Source: Microthyrium microscopicum
Taxonomy: Eukaryota
Direction of reading: 5' to 3'
Assembly: GCA_010405405.1 (NCBI GenBank)
Contig: MU004237.1
Location: 2,119,345-2,183,344, forward strand
DNA: 64,000 nucleotides
Positions 1 through 12,241 of this stretch are shown here, piece by piece; position 1 is the first letter of the stretch, and each line of letters opens with the position of its first letter. The position numbers were made by a program, and so were the translations under genes. The notes under the pieces were generated by a model. The model ran no database searches, was not told the DNA's origin, and saw nothing but the letters and a program-made list of their open reading frames with translations.

Positions 1-251
1 AACTCGAGATAGGAGTGGTTGTGCTAAAAATAGACCTCACGAATCCCAACCAGGCGCCACTTGAATCATGATACGAGAACCGGTCAGTTTTAACTAGGCG
101 TCGCGGTACTTGTAGGATTCAAATCCTCTTCTTGCCCTCTTTCCTTTATATCTCTGTTTACATCATTCGTTATACTTTTTGGATTGAGAAAGGTCAACAA
201 GTCTCGGCGGCGTAACACATATCTTATGAAACCCTGAGACCGGTCGCTACT

Positions 252-1266
252 ATGCACTACCAAGTCCTCAAATTCAAAGCAATCCTCTTCGCTGTTGGGT
301 TCTTGACCTTTGCGATCCCCAAGGCTGTATCAGCGCACGAAGCCACCGACGCAATCATCGAGAGTGACTATGTTTCCGACTGCAGTAGTAGAGCCTTTGG
401 ACAGTCAAAGTCTTTCCACGTACCTGTCGACCGATGTCTCAACATACCCAGCTGGTATATGGAAATCAAAACCGTTGCGTTCTGCAAAAACGGCACGCGT
501 GCGAAATGGGCACGTTTCCCCGAGAAAGGCTGCGGGCATGGCACTCTTGATGCAGACTTTGGGCTCGTTGATATAAAAGACAAGGACTTTCGTACTTGCC
601 TCGATATACGGGAGTATGAAAGCATGGCATTTTGGTGCGAGGGTTACCAGAAGAGCACTCTGCCAGAGGAGAAGGATGACCATAGTGAAAAGGTGCCGGA
701 GAATGAGGACAAATCGAAAGCTGGTAGTATCAGCGAAAGTGTCTGCATGCCCCAAAGAGCACCTACTTGGAAGCATCCAAAGGCGGATACGTGCGTTAAT
801 CTTACCTACAAAAGGCTCCAAATACATACGCCAGCTATCTGTGCAAACGGAACAGAGGCTACCTTTGCATTCTACGAAGGGGTTGGATGTCACGGTATGC
901 CTTCAGAGTTCAAGACTGTGGAGGAGAGAGACGCAAGGCAGTGTTTGGACGTTGAGGGAATGAAGAGCTTTGCCTTTTACTGCACCGGAGAGGGCATCGA
1001 GCGCAATGATGGCCGACCAACTGGTGGAAATGGTAATGGTGGTGGCATTTTGCAGTTCTTGCTTGTACTCTTCCTTATCTTCATGGTTTTCTCCTTGATG
1101 CTGTTGCTCACAGTTTTCACCTGGGTTCGGAAGTATGGAGGTAGTGTTGGTAAAGTGTTTGACTTTTTCAAGGTAAGTGATTCTCCCTCGTGCTTGATGG
1201 AGACCAATGCTGATATTCAACTTCTAGAACCTCGTCAAACCGAAAGAAGGGAGCATTGCACTCTGA
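252..1266 (+). CDS. Secreted-type single-pass membrane protein with two tandem Cys-rich repeats (exons 252-1172, 1228-1266)
   Basis: Hydrophobic signal peptide. Two internal repeats (DRCLNI..FCKNGT..GC..CLDIREYESMAFWC and DTCVNL..ICANGT..GC..CLDVEGMKSFAFYC). C-terminal TM helix. Intron GTAAGT 1173..TAG 1227 gives the tail NLVKPKEGSIAL*. Confidence 0.75.
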
Positions 1267-2093
1267 GCCGAGCCTGTAGATCAGCTGCAAAGATTGTTGG
1301 TGATTTGTATGGTTTCCCACTAGTCTTTCCCATGACATGCCGGCGTGCGTTATGATATACTGAGGCTTGGGATTTCAAATGATTAGACGAAACGAAATTG
1401 TTGTCATGGAGATCGGGATAAGTGCGACAGTAATCCTAATATCGGTATTTTGCTCTAGACTAAATCACTTTCAAACCAGTTCGGTTTCAATGGGTCTCCA
1501 AAGAGAAAAGGTTCTAAAATCAAGCCCACGGGCAGAAATCAGCACTTGAACAAACTAGTAACCTACCGACTCCTTGTCATGCCATTGTCTGATCTCTGGC
1601 ATCACATTTCATAATAGTCAGGCAGAAGATAATCCCTCAGATCTGAGCTATTATTACCCGTTGTGTTCTGACGAAGTATTGTAGAGATCATTCTATGTCT
1701 GTATCTCTTCTTGATTGGAGATCTGTTTTTCTTTTCACGACATTTACATGTTTATGAATTATGTGCAATACATGACCCGAAGCCTAAAAATGAGTCAGGC
1801 ATAGATTATAAAAGCTTCATCTTCCCAAACATGCGTGCCGCGGAATTGATACTTCTGCACTCATGTTGGAAAACCCAGTTATTGACCTCGTACACGGGAC
1901 TTGCTGGCATGCGGGACTGTACTGATAGAAATGCCAGTTGATAAATGTACCTAGGTAGATACCTGAGATAGTTTAACATTGGAAGGAGAAGTTTGGTTCT
2001 GTTTTAGTTTGTTATATATTTACACGATTACGGTTAAGTTAACCAATAATCAGCTTGAATAGTCCACTTCGCTGGTGCGAAATATTGTTCACA

Positions 2094-2186
2094 GCTTGGT
2101 TAGCTCAGTTGGTTAGAGCGTTGCACTAATACACGACATATGTCCTGTTCATGCAAAGGTCACAGGTTCGACCCCTGTACTGAGCA
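2094..2186 (+). tRNA. tRNA with anticodon AAT (nominally Ile), 19-nt intron at 2132-2150
   Basis: Acceptor stem GCTTGGT/ACTGAGC, D arm GCTC..GAGC, anticodon stem TTGCA/TGCAA with loop CT-AAT-A[intron]A, T arm ACAGG-TTCGACC-CCTGT, discriminator A. Confidence 0.9.
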
Positions 2187-2190
2187 GTTC

Positions 2191-2199
2191 TTTTTTTTT
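2191..2199 (+). terminator. RNA polymerase III oligo-T terminator of the tRNA
   Basis: T9 run beginning 5 nt after the tRNA 3' end. Confidence 0.8.
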
Positions 2200-3992
2200 G
2201 TGCCGAGGGCCCTAGTAGTGAGATGGTACGAAAAGGTATTTTTTTCTCTAGTTCCGTAGATATGAAGCTTTGTTTAGGTTTGTTTAAGAGACCTACTAGT
2301 AGGACGAGGAATCTCTCAACAGTGTCAACCAGAGTACGTCCTTGATCTATCAGATCATTTCTTTTGGGTTCCTATGACCAGTATGTGGATTGACGCTTGG
2401 AAGAGTATTCTCAAGAGGAAGTACCTCATAGAATTTCTTTGTTTCTGCGGGTAGATATAGTCTGTATGAGCAGATCGTGTCGCGAATAGAGTGTAGAAGA
2501 CGCGATCAAGCGTAAGTTTGATACTGGTCAGAAAGAAACTTGATGCGATTGAGCGATCATACACAACAATGAATGTATTGCACCGCGCATCTCGGGTGGT
2601 ATCCAGCATCTAAGTTCGACTTAAGTTCGACTTGGTTGCGAGCGAACTGTTTTGCATTTGACAGGTCTCAATTTTGAATCTCGAGGCTTTCATTTGACGC
2701 GTAGTAATCGCCCAACACTTTTTTTTGCATAGTCGCTGCTCAAAAGAAGCGAGTAGAGACCGCACATCAACAAATACAATACTTTCAACAGATCGTCAAT
2801 CGATCGTCAACGAAGGTTGTACCTCGCCATTTGCTCATCAGATCAAATTACAGTCATAGCGCAAGCAGTTTGCTCTAAGGTACCTCGAGTATTCCTTCAA
2901 GTGCTAATCCGACAATTTCCGGCATTACGGTCAAAAGCACGTTCACTTCGCTTATCATTCATGTGGTGAGATCTGCAAATTACAGTAGCTCAGAAGGTCA
3001 TGTCCGATATCTGCCATTGCTCAAAACGATAGTCCTATCTATACTGTAGGCAGAGTTGAATCTTGAAAGGTAAATCGCGATTGATGCTGTGTGTCTTGTT
3101 GGTACTAAGTCAAAACTTATGCTCAAGCCCTATGGACAGAAGAAGAATTTGTATTCCAGGTGTATGGGACAGTACACCCTTTCTTTTGAGTAAGTAATAA
3201 CCCAATGCAGGGGACAAGTGACCACATCGGGTTGAGAACAGACCCATTGTTTTGGATAATGATAAGACTGACAGCTTCCGATCCTGGGAATCTAAATCGT
3301 ATCATATTTTTGGATTGAATCTGCTCCAACCGAGTAATCCGAACGTGACATTTGTCAAGGTTGATGGGTCTCATTGGGTCTGGTCCGCTGGACATTAATT
3401 AGAGTCCATATCTGATCTTGGTAACGACATGGGTACTTTGACAGCTAGGCTAGGAAACCTTTCAGCCTTACAATTTGGCGCAATAATGTTGTTTTCGACT
3501 ATATCGGATAATTGCAACCCAGTAAGAAAGGGTTAAGTAAGAGATTTTGCTGACAATTAAAGACTTTTCCTGTTCTACCAACTATAACCATACATCTGAT
3601 TCAAAGAATTTGGCGTAACAATGATATGATCTGCATAGTACCTGCTCACATGCTTTAGTGAATACATGCCGAGAGATAGAACTAAAGATGGATTCCTATA
3701 TTGCGTGAAATATCACAGACCACATCCATCGGCCTCGCTTAAGAAGATGAGAGATCTTCCTTGATTTAGATATCTCAACCGAGCTTTCAATTGATGATCC
3801 ATAAACCTCGAGATCTCGGTTCATTATACCCCTGGAATCCGTCAAAACAGCAATGATTCAATGCAGAAGAGTTATTATGTCCCTACAAGTCCCACGATAT
3901 CATTATGATGAATGCTTGTTCGTAAATACACCATGAGGCTCACACCGTAAATTTTGCTGCTCAGTTGTTCTTTTGTCAAGAGATTCCCAGTC

Positions 3993-5879
3993 ATGTTAAT
4001 CACTTTCTGTCTTTGGTCATTTTTGTTGTACTCCTTTTCAGTCCAAGCAGCAGCGCAATGCAAATCGATACCAGGGAGCTCGGGATGGCCTTCACTAATG
4101 GACTGGAATGAATTCAATACAACAGTGAAAGGGAGGCTCTTAAAACCCGACCCTCCGGCAGCGACATGCCATGATGACTATGATTCTTACAGCTTGATAC
4201 GATGTGCAGCTCTCAAAATCAAGTTCCTAGACTCAACATGGCATGCTGCTCATCCCACAAGTAATATGTGGCAGAATTACAATAATTATAGTTGTACTCC
4301 AACATCAGAGAGTTGCACAGGATCTGGTCTACCAATCTACGTCGTTGAAGCCCACGAACCCATGGATGTCAAAGCCGCAGTAGATTTTGCTCGCACAAAG
4401 AACATTCGACTAAACATCAAGAGTACTGGGCATGACTTTTTGGGGAGATCAGTCCAACCCAACTCTCTTTCTATTTGGACCCATCATTTGAAGACGACTC
4501 AGTGGCATGAAAAGTCATTCTCACCCAAAGGATGTGACCTTGTCATCGACGGACCTGCTGTCACTGCTGGATCAGGCAGTCAATGGGGAGAACTTAATGC
4601 TGAAGCCGATAAAAGGAAGTTAGCGCTTGTAAGCGGCGGCTTCAACTCTGTTAGCCTTGGGGGGTTTCTGTCCAACGGCGGCCATGGTGGATTGAGTGCT
4701 AAATATGGGTTCGGAGCAGATATGGTCTTGCAAATTGAGCTTGTGACACCTTCTGGAGAGATCATTACAGCCAATGAATGCCAAAATACTGTAAGATACC
4801 CTCAGAGTCTTGCCCAATATTTGTTCTGACACTCAAAAGGACTATTTTTGGGCCATGAGAGGCGGTGGTGGTTCTACCTACGGAGTCGCGCTGACTTATA
4901 CACTTAAAGCCCTTCCAACGTTCCGCACTGCAATGTGGATTGGCTTTGCCTCTGGCTGGGATGAAATCGCTTATCTTCATTCGCAATGGCCGAAATTGGC
5001 AGCAGTCGGAGCCAGTGGCTACATGATGGGTTATCTTCCTCTCATCACTGCTGTGCCCTTCTATGTCACGCTACCAAACGCTACGATAAGACAGCTCAAA
5101 TCTATACTAGACCCGATAACAGACAGTCTTGATGGCTGGGGCGTTGACGATCCACCAGCTGCCGGAAACTCATCGCGCTTATCAGGCCGCCGTGGCAACT
5201 ACACCGAGTTTGATAGCTGGGGACAGGCGGAGCCTCACGTCCATAGTCGACAGGATAAGACGAATGATTCTACTCAAGGGCTCTATAAGCGCGCTCAAGA
5301 AGGAATAACAGATTACTTTCCAGGAATGGGATCCAACAAACTCCTAGTATCGTGGCTATACAGTGCTGCAGATGTTCAGCATCCCAATTTGAAAGAAGCA
5401 CTCAAGGCTGCTCTTAGCGAGTCTGGGACCATTTATCTGAATGATGCCACCATGGGTGTTGGGACTCAAAATCCGCCATACCTACGCGGTGGAGGTAACG
5501 CAGTCAACCCTGCTCTTCGAACTGCTGTCATGAGGCCAGCGGCGGAGATGCAGTGGCTCGGAAATGATCCTGCTGTGTGGACCAAGAAGAGAGAAGTAGC
5601 TCAAAAGCTTGGAGCCTCATTACGATCAATCAGTCCCAATGGGGGAACTTATGCTAATGAAGTATGTTATTATGACTCTCTATTTACATTCTTTCCAGGG
5701 CTAACATCTTACAGGCCGATCCCGATACGCCAAACTGGCAACATGCATTCTGGGGTAGTAACTACGACCGGCTTCTTCGAATCAAGAAAATGGTCGACCC
5801 AGAAGGTGTATTTTACTGCAGGCGCTGCGTCGGAAGTGAATTTTTCGAGGATCATGATGGTATATTATGCCGGAAATGA
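3993..5879 (+). CDS. Secreted FAD-linked oxidoreductase, berberine-bridge-enzyme-like (exons 3993-4790, 4840-5661, 5715-5879)
   Basis: Signal peptide; IKSTGHDFLGRS flavin-binding His motif; FWAMRGGGGSTYGV; spliced C-terminus YANEADP..WQHAFWGSNYDRLLRIKKMVDPEGVFYCRRCVGSE (BBE domain). Both GT-AG introns keep the frame. Confidence 0.92.
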
Positions 5880-6216
5880 GAATGGCTGTTTTTCCTCGTT
5901 GTGCAGATATACGGCCACTACAAGATATCGACCACTGAAACTATCGTGACCGAAACCCGTGCGACATTTCCTTATTCATCGGTTGATGAGCAAGTGATTA
6001 CTTGAATGTTTAATGTTTATAGCTGCCGTTTCCGGTCATATACGCAAGCGGGCTGCATCATCTATCCAGCCTGCAAAACTATGACACAGATTCTTTCAAT
6101 GACTCTAAATCACGATCGTGGTCATTACTAGCAGGCCGTGACCATGATCTTGTTCACTACATTTTGGCCTTGAAAGATACAAGAGGCCCGAAAGTTCCTG
6201 ATCAGGCCTCTGCGGT

Positions 6217-6740
6217 AAAGTGCTTTGACCTAGGCTGCAACATGATATATGTAAGACAATCAGGAGTTGTAGTGGATGACATGTCGTTGAAGTGAGTAAA
6301 GAAGGTCTGATTTTGCAAGAGTGGTTCAGGCGGTGTCTTCAAATGCGGACAACTGGCTGACAGATTAAATGGCGCGCTCCATCGACTGTGATGGCGACCA
6401 TATGCTGCGCTTCAGAACCGAGTTCTTTATTTGGTCCTCAATGCGTAAAACCGTCGATCTCCATCGAATGCGCTGGAGCTTATAGAGTGTGATGCCGTAG
6501 GTGGAAGTTATGAACCATCTTCTTTCAACGAAAATAGATGACGATCGCGGCTGGAGAGGTCGTAACAACGGCCTTGAATGACCAAAGACCCAGAACATGT
6601 CTTTTGAGGAAAGATCCAGGGCAAAAGGCTTTAAGATAGGCTGCAACGAGATATTTTTGTAGGAATTTTGAGAGTTGTGGAGGAGGACATGTCGTTGGAG
6701 TAATGGAAGAGTGGCTTAAGCAGTGGCTTAAATATGGAGT
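6217..6740. repeat. Degenerate direct duplication (copies at about 6217-6350 and 6623-6740)
   Basis: Colinear shared blocks GCTTT..TAGGCTGCAAC..GATAT..GAGTTGT..GGA.GACATGTCGTTG.AGT..AAGAGTGG. Confidence 0.6.
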
Positions 6741-7059
6741 TAGCTCCGAACCATACTTGTCTTCTCTTCTCCACGGACTTTTGCTGTTATTGTCATCTCG
6801 TTAATCTCTTTTTCATCTCGAGAAATCATTGTCAAGCTCGATGGAGGGAAAACCTATCAATTAAGAGTGTAGTTGCATTCGCTTTGGTTATCACAGCAGG
6901 AGTAAAGGTTGCCCAGTGGTTGCTCTGAACGACTCTTCCACTCTGGAAGGCAGCAACGGCTCCTTTGAAGTCACTTGACGTGACATGAAGAACCCTCAAG
7001 CTCGAATCAAATTTCGTTGACTGAAACGAGTACTCCCAGATATACATCACCCACCGAAA

Positions 7060-8395
7060 ATGGGTCAACAACTGTTTCTTCTGGACCTTCCAAAGGATAT
7101 CCTGATCACACTGCCTGACTATCTCCATGACATTGAAGACTACAAGAACTTGACTTCAACCTGTCGAGCCTTTCGTGCTTGTCTCTCCTCACCGTCTGAT
7201 AAGACCATTCTTCGACTCGCAGCCGCTGCGACAAATATTTTCTTTCGTCCATCTCCGCACTTCTTGGTGACAGCAGTGGCTCGTCAACTAGGTAACTGGG
7301 CTCGCCTCTCTACGTCCAATGAACAAGTGTTGGCGCAGGCCTTCCAGAGCGGAATAGAAGCGGTGCTAGATCTTGCTCTACAGCACTGTAGCTTGAGCAT
7401 GGAGAGAATTCGACAATTACATAAACTTCGATTCTCAATTATCAATCCAGTGACGAACAGGATTGACCAGTGCATTGGAGAACAGTGGTACGCCACACCA
7501 AACTTCTGGCATGGCGGAGTAGACGACGCATACACTATCGATGCAGACGTCCCTGAGACATTCTTCTATCTTGCTATGTATGGAGAGTTCTTCGCTCCAG
7601 ACGCTGATATCCTACTCGGTACTGGAAACACTGACGCGGACCGAGCACTCAGCGTGGAAACACGACTAGAGTTTGTCAAATACTGTATCCCAGAGTGGGC
7701 TGCTTATCACTGTCAAAACAGTGCAAACGTAAGGATTTCCCGCAAAGACAACACATGTCATGGCCACACAAAAAGTATCTTCCCTGGTGATTTCTCTTGC
7801 AGGCTATGGATATCATAGCATGCTCAAAGTGATCATCTTGAAAACCTCATCCATTCTTTCCTGCGCGCGTCGGCTTCAATATCTCTTTCGTAAGCCTCAT
7901 GCTGACAAAGTTCAGGATGTCAAACTCGCCGATGGTAGCATTGATCCTCTTCGCCGTGTCTACGCCACAGGCCCATACATTGGCTTCGATAAGCCAAAGC
8001 AAGGAACAAATGTGTCCAGCAATCACATTGGTCTTCGGCATCTTCTAGAAAGTTCACGCTGGAGGCCTGATTGGACACTTGTCCGCCAGAGTGTTGGCCC
8101 TGATTTCGGACCTGATGATAGCGATGACGAGAACGAAGATGACCTGGACAGCCTCCCTTGGAAGCAGTTTCTTTGGAGCGAAATCGCTGTTTGTCAGGGA
8201 CTGGAGGGGCTCGGCATGATGTTGAACACAGACGCGGGAGATTTCAGAGTGGAGTTGTATGCGTTGCGTGACAGGATTGAGGCCCTCGAAAGAGAACCTG
8301 AGAGAGTGGTGGTGGGTAGAAACCATACATACAGACTGCCGTCTCTGTATAGAGATTTGGGCATCTGCTCTAGTGGGTACGTTGGAGGAACTTGA
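7060..8395 (+). CDS. F-box-like fungal hypothetical protein (exons 7060-7728, 7916-8395)
   Basis: N-terminal LLDLPKDILITLPDYL..YKNLTSTCRAF F-box-like motif. Intron GTAAGG 7729..GCTGAC..CAG 7915 joins the two ORFs in frame. Confidence 0.75.
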
Positions 8396-9112
8396 ATTGT
8401 TTACGAGGGCGCTTGGAAACAAGTGAATCTCCTACGTCCTCTTCAGCCGGGTAAACTTCAATGTGTAGTCCTTGCTTTCTTGTTTCATTCTGCTTGTAGT
8501 CCGGGATGCTTGAGAAGTGAGTATGTTGCTTTGCTAATGATTTGCTTTCCAGATTTCGCGGTTTGTAGAGTCCATGGTTTACGTTTGTGACAAATATTTG
8601 GCTCCACATGTATCAACAGGGCTGATACGTCCAGATGATAGACAGAAAATAGATCGAATGTGGATACTTCCGGACGTGGCTGAATGTCCCTAGAGATAAA
8701 CCGATGATTGTAGTATTCGGCGCCGGCGTAGAGTATGATATCAACTACCTGTACAAACTCGCGGTCACCATCGGCTTATCTACTTAGGTAGCTGGGTGTT
8801 TGGGCATCATCTCATCACGTACATGGAGTCTAGGTCTCAACAATGTACCGATTGCAATGGGAAACTCACTAGACTTGGTGTATTGGTGTTGATGGGAGCC
8901 ATGACCGTTGCTTGCGATATTCCTGCTATTTTGCCACTACGTTGACAACCAAGCTAGGAATCGTTCTCCTTCATTTAGACTATTTTTCAGAACTATCAGA
9001 ACCAGGGACGGGTATCTCGCAATCCCAAAAACCTCGATATCATGTGGGTTATATCCTCAGCGCGGTGACCAAATATTCCTACATTTTGTTATTATACATT
9101 CTAGATTTTCAC

Positions 9113-10351
9113 TTATTTCCACCTTTTCCCGGCCTTATCATCAAAATCCTGCCCCTGTCGCTCCCGATCAAGCCGTGCATCAAAGTCCTTTTGCGCCTCT
9201 TCCTTTGCCATTTCGCGCTCCGCCATAGAGCTCGAGAAGCTAAAGCTGTCACCTTGCGGTTCATTGTTGCGTTGTTCACGTGGACTGCTCGACGCTTCGT
9301 TTCTCGTAGCTTTTTGGCGTAAACGTTCCCAAGCGCCTCGCACAGGCGTTGAGTTGTCATGCGAGTCTGGCCGCGTGGGCGAAGCATCATCTAAGAGATC
9401 CACGGGTGTAGCAGAATGTAGTGGATCGGCGGATGTATTCGAAGAGCCAGTGGACCAGGAGTTGGACTGCTTGTCGGTGTCCGAAGACTGGTTGGTGGTT
9501 GGTGAGGATGATTTGTAGCGAGCGACTTCCTTTTCCCAGGATACGTTTGCATTGTCGTCAGATTGGTCGTTTTGCGAAGGGAAAGCAGACGAGGTGTTCT
9601 TCCGTCTGTCGGGTCTTGATTTAAAGGGTGGCAATCCTCCAGTGATCCGCAATGCATCGTTCTTCTCAACCATAGGGTATTTTGACGCAAAGTATTGTTC
9701 TTGGTGATCAAGGTCTTCGCGGTATTGCCTCAATTCAGGCGCCTCGTTGACACCTTGAAGTAGAGCCTGTTTTGCCCCCCATTGACGAGCCATATCCGCG
9801 ATTACATAAACGAAGAAGAACTTTGTGGAAATGCGGAACCATTGCATCGAGCTCATACCGTTTCCGTACAAGGGCGAGGTCCTGCCGAAGTACGTTCCCC
9901 AAACAAGGTTGGCTTCGCGTGGAATCCTCAACAAGACAATCGAGGCCCAGAAACCTGCGGTATCCCAGTTTTCACCAGTTCCTACCGCACTATCCCGTAC
10001 TGTGAAAAGTGAATTCGTTTCGCCGGGAGTGAGCTGCCGGTTTACGTGAGCTTGAATATTTCTGATCCAGATTTCGGATTCTGTTTTGACGTTTTTGAGA
10101 AACATCTTGTTTTGCGTGGTCTCCCAGGGAATAACCAAGTCCAATATCTTCCCACTAATGCCCTTCCGAAGTTGACGTAACGCTTCGAAGTCCACACTAG
10201 ATAGGTCGACCTCTCGAAGTTGTGGATCTTCTCTTCTCTGCACAATCTCTTTCTGATAGGCTGACAGCTCGTCTTTCAGAGGCTGCGGGACGAACCCCAT
10301 CAGCCAGGTTTCAGATTGTCGTTGGACTTCCTCCTTGCGTTCGACAGGCAT
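9113..10351 (-). CDS. Fungal hypothetical protein, probably conserved
   Basis: 412-aa ORF with two hydrophobic segments and a C-terminal AWERLRQ..DSFSFSSS..EAQKDFDARLDRERQG..RW tail that I recall from ascomycete hypothetical proteins. Start codon uncertain. Confidence 0.75.
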   Translation of the reverse strand: MPVERKEEVQRQSETWLMGFVPQPLKDELSAYQKEIVQRREDPQLREVDLSSVDFEALRQLRKGISGKILDLVIPWETTQNKMFLKNVKTESEIWIRNIQAHVNRQLTPGETNSLFTVRDSAVGTGENWDTAGFWASIVLLRIPREANLVWGTYFGRTSPLYGNGMSSMQWFRISTKFFFVYVIADMARQWGAKQALLQGVNEAPELRQYREDLDHQEQYFASKYPMVEKNDALRITGGLPPFKSRPDRRKNTSSAFPSQNDQSDDNANVSWEKEVARYKSSSPTTNQSSDTDKQSNSWSTGSSNTSADPLHSATPVDLLDDASPTRPDSHDNSTPVRGAWERLRQKATRNEASSSPREQRNNEPQGDSFSFSSSMAEREMAKEEAQKDFDARLDRERQGQDFDDKAGKRWK

Positions 10352-10818
10352 CTTGTTTAGAGATCGAGCTTTTCGTATACGATAATGGAACGGATTTGTA
10401 TGGAATTGAGACGGCCTATATGAAGTATGAACAGATTTTTGCTAGCGGTGGTTTCCCGGAGGTATGTCGAAGGCGAATTGGGTTGTAATGGAGATATTGG
10501 AAGCTTCCAAAGGTTGTAAAGATGACGAGTTGTATGGATGGAGGTTAGGAGCACCAAATATGGATGACTAAGCCATTCATTCTTCAATACATCATATCAA
10601 GCTTCTGATCGGGGTAGACAACAAAAAAGTCGATTTATTATTCGCAATATCAAGATCAAACAGATTGGAAGTTAATAGAAAGAAGTTATGAATGAGAATA
10701 GATCAGATACTTTATTGTCACCTGAATATGATACATGGAACTCCACAAGATATATGCACTCCTGCGATTTATCTTGTATGCCATGCTAACTAGTAGCTGC
10801 AAGCTATATAATGTACAT

Positions 10819-11793
10819 CTATTTACTCTCTGCACCATCTGGATGACTGTTTTCGGCCTGATCAACTTTGGGTTTCTCTTCCAACATATCTCTCCTAGCA
10901 TCCAAGGTATAATACAAACTCTTCCCCGAACTCTCCAAAGTATTCGCCAAACTAGCACCAACACCCTCCAAAGCATGAACCAATTGCGCCCGCAATCCAT
11001 CCAATCCTCCTGCAATCGTTCCAATCCATTTGACTTTTTCTATGGTGAATGGCTTACTCTCCACCCTTGCGCCCAGAAGCATCAGCTTTGGCACACCAGT
11101 CTGTACCGCCCGTTCATAGTATGCTGGATTCGCAGCTCTTCGCGGCGCCTTGAATTCTGGTGATGGTGACAATATCGAGAACACCATCTTCAAGTGCTCG
11201 GGCGACATGCGCGGAAGCGTTACGACGGCAATTGGGCCAACTAGCACAGGTTCTAGGCCGTGTTTCTTCTTCTTGCTTTCGCTCATTGCGAACTCGTAGG
11301 CTTCTTCTGAGAGCGCGTGGGTATGTACGAACGTCTCGGGGTGAGGGAGTTGGTCCGGCTTCCACCATACGTCTAGGCGGAGAGCGGCGGTCAGGATGGA
11401 GGCTTTCATGACTTGGAGTTTGATGTATTCCGCGACATTTGTGCCTTGCTCTTTATCAACTTTTTGGAGGGAGGATCTGAGGACTGTTCGAATTGCGGCC
11501 CATTCTGGAGATAAGACACTGTTGTGCTGGAATATGAGGATAATGGGGGAGGAGCGGAGAGTGGTGAGGTATTGACGAAGAAGTTGGGACTTTCGGAGTT
11601 CGGGGCGACGATGTGTAGGAGGTTGGGTTATAGGATAGTCTTTGATTGTTGAGAGTTCGGGTATGATAGAGTGATCGTGTGAATGGGGAACTTGAGCAAG
11701 AGCAGCGTACTGTCTTGATGATGTTGTGATTTGTCGTCGAGGAAAAGGGGATTTGGTCAGCTTTGAAGGAGCAACCCGTATTCGTGGCGGCAT
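10819..11793 (-). CDS. MRPL11: Mitochondrial ribosomal protein uL10m (YmL11-like)
   Basis: Basic presequence from MPPRIR; YPITQPPTHRRPELRKSQLLRQY; LIFQHN; KLMLLGARVE; GGLDGLRAQLV. Confidence 0.85.
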   Translation of the reverse strand: MPPRIRVAPSKLTKSPFPRRQITTSSRQYAALAQVPHSHDHSIIPELSTIKDYPITQPPTHRRPELRKSQLLRQYLTTLRSSPIILIFQHNSVLSPEWAAIRTVLRSSLQKVDKEQGTNVAEYIKLQVMKASILTAALRLDVWWKPDQLPHPETFVHTHALSEEAYEFAMSESKKKKHGLEPVLVGPIAVVTLPRMSPEHLKMVFSILSPSPEFKAPRRAANPAYYERAVQTGVPKLMLLGARVESKPFTIEKVKWIGTIAGGLDGLRAQLVHALEGVGASLANTLESSGKSLYYTLDARRDMLEEKPKVDQAENSHPDGAESK

Positions 11794-12241
11794 AATGAGC
11801 TGTGTAAGGGATATAGAGCCCAATTAGCAAGTCATTGGATCAAAATTGAAGATATGAGAGGGATAAGGCTGAAATAAAGACTGTTGCGAGCTTGAACAAC
11901 TCTTTGAAGGTCGACCAGAAAAAGATCGCAAGATCCCAAACAGGCAAGGCGTCGCAGGTTACTAAGCTCAACATCGGCATTGAGCTATCATCCGATATCG
12001 GACACAGAGCTTCAGAAATGTTTGTTGACTCTTACTCCTTGCTCCTCGCAAACTCACAATAGCAAAGAATGCAATGATGGCGATATTACATATATGACGA
12101 CCAAGAGCTAGAGTTTACAACCATCTTTCTTCTTTATTCCCCATCAGACAATTCAGCATAACGACCCCTAAGCTCTAAGTCATTTGATCCTACCGTTTCA
12201 CCAACCCGTCATTTTCACGATACAACCCTCAACCATACACA

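Noticed and set aside
2611..2633. 11-bp tandem duplication TAAGTTCGACT x2
   Set aside because: Simple slippage duplication with no supporting tRNA-like or other structure.
2355..3395. Short minus-strand ORFs 2355-2609 and 3123-3395
   Set aside because: No recognisable motif or splice model. A decayed gene cannot be excluded without a search.
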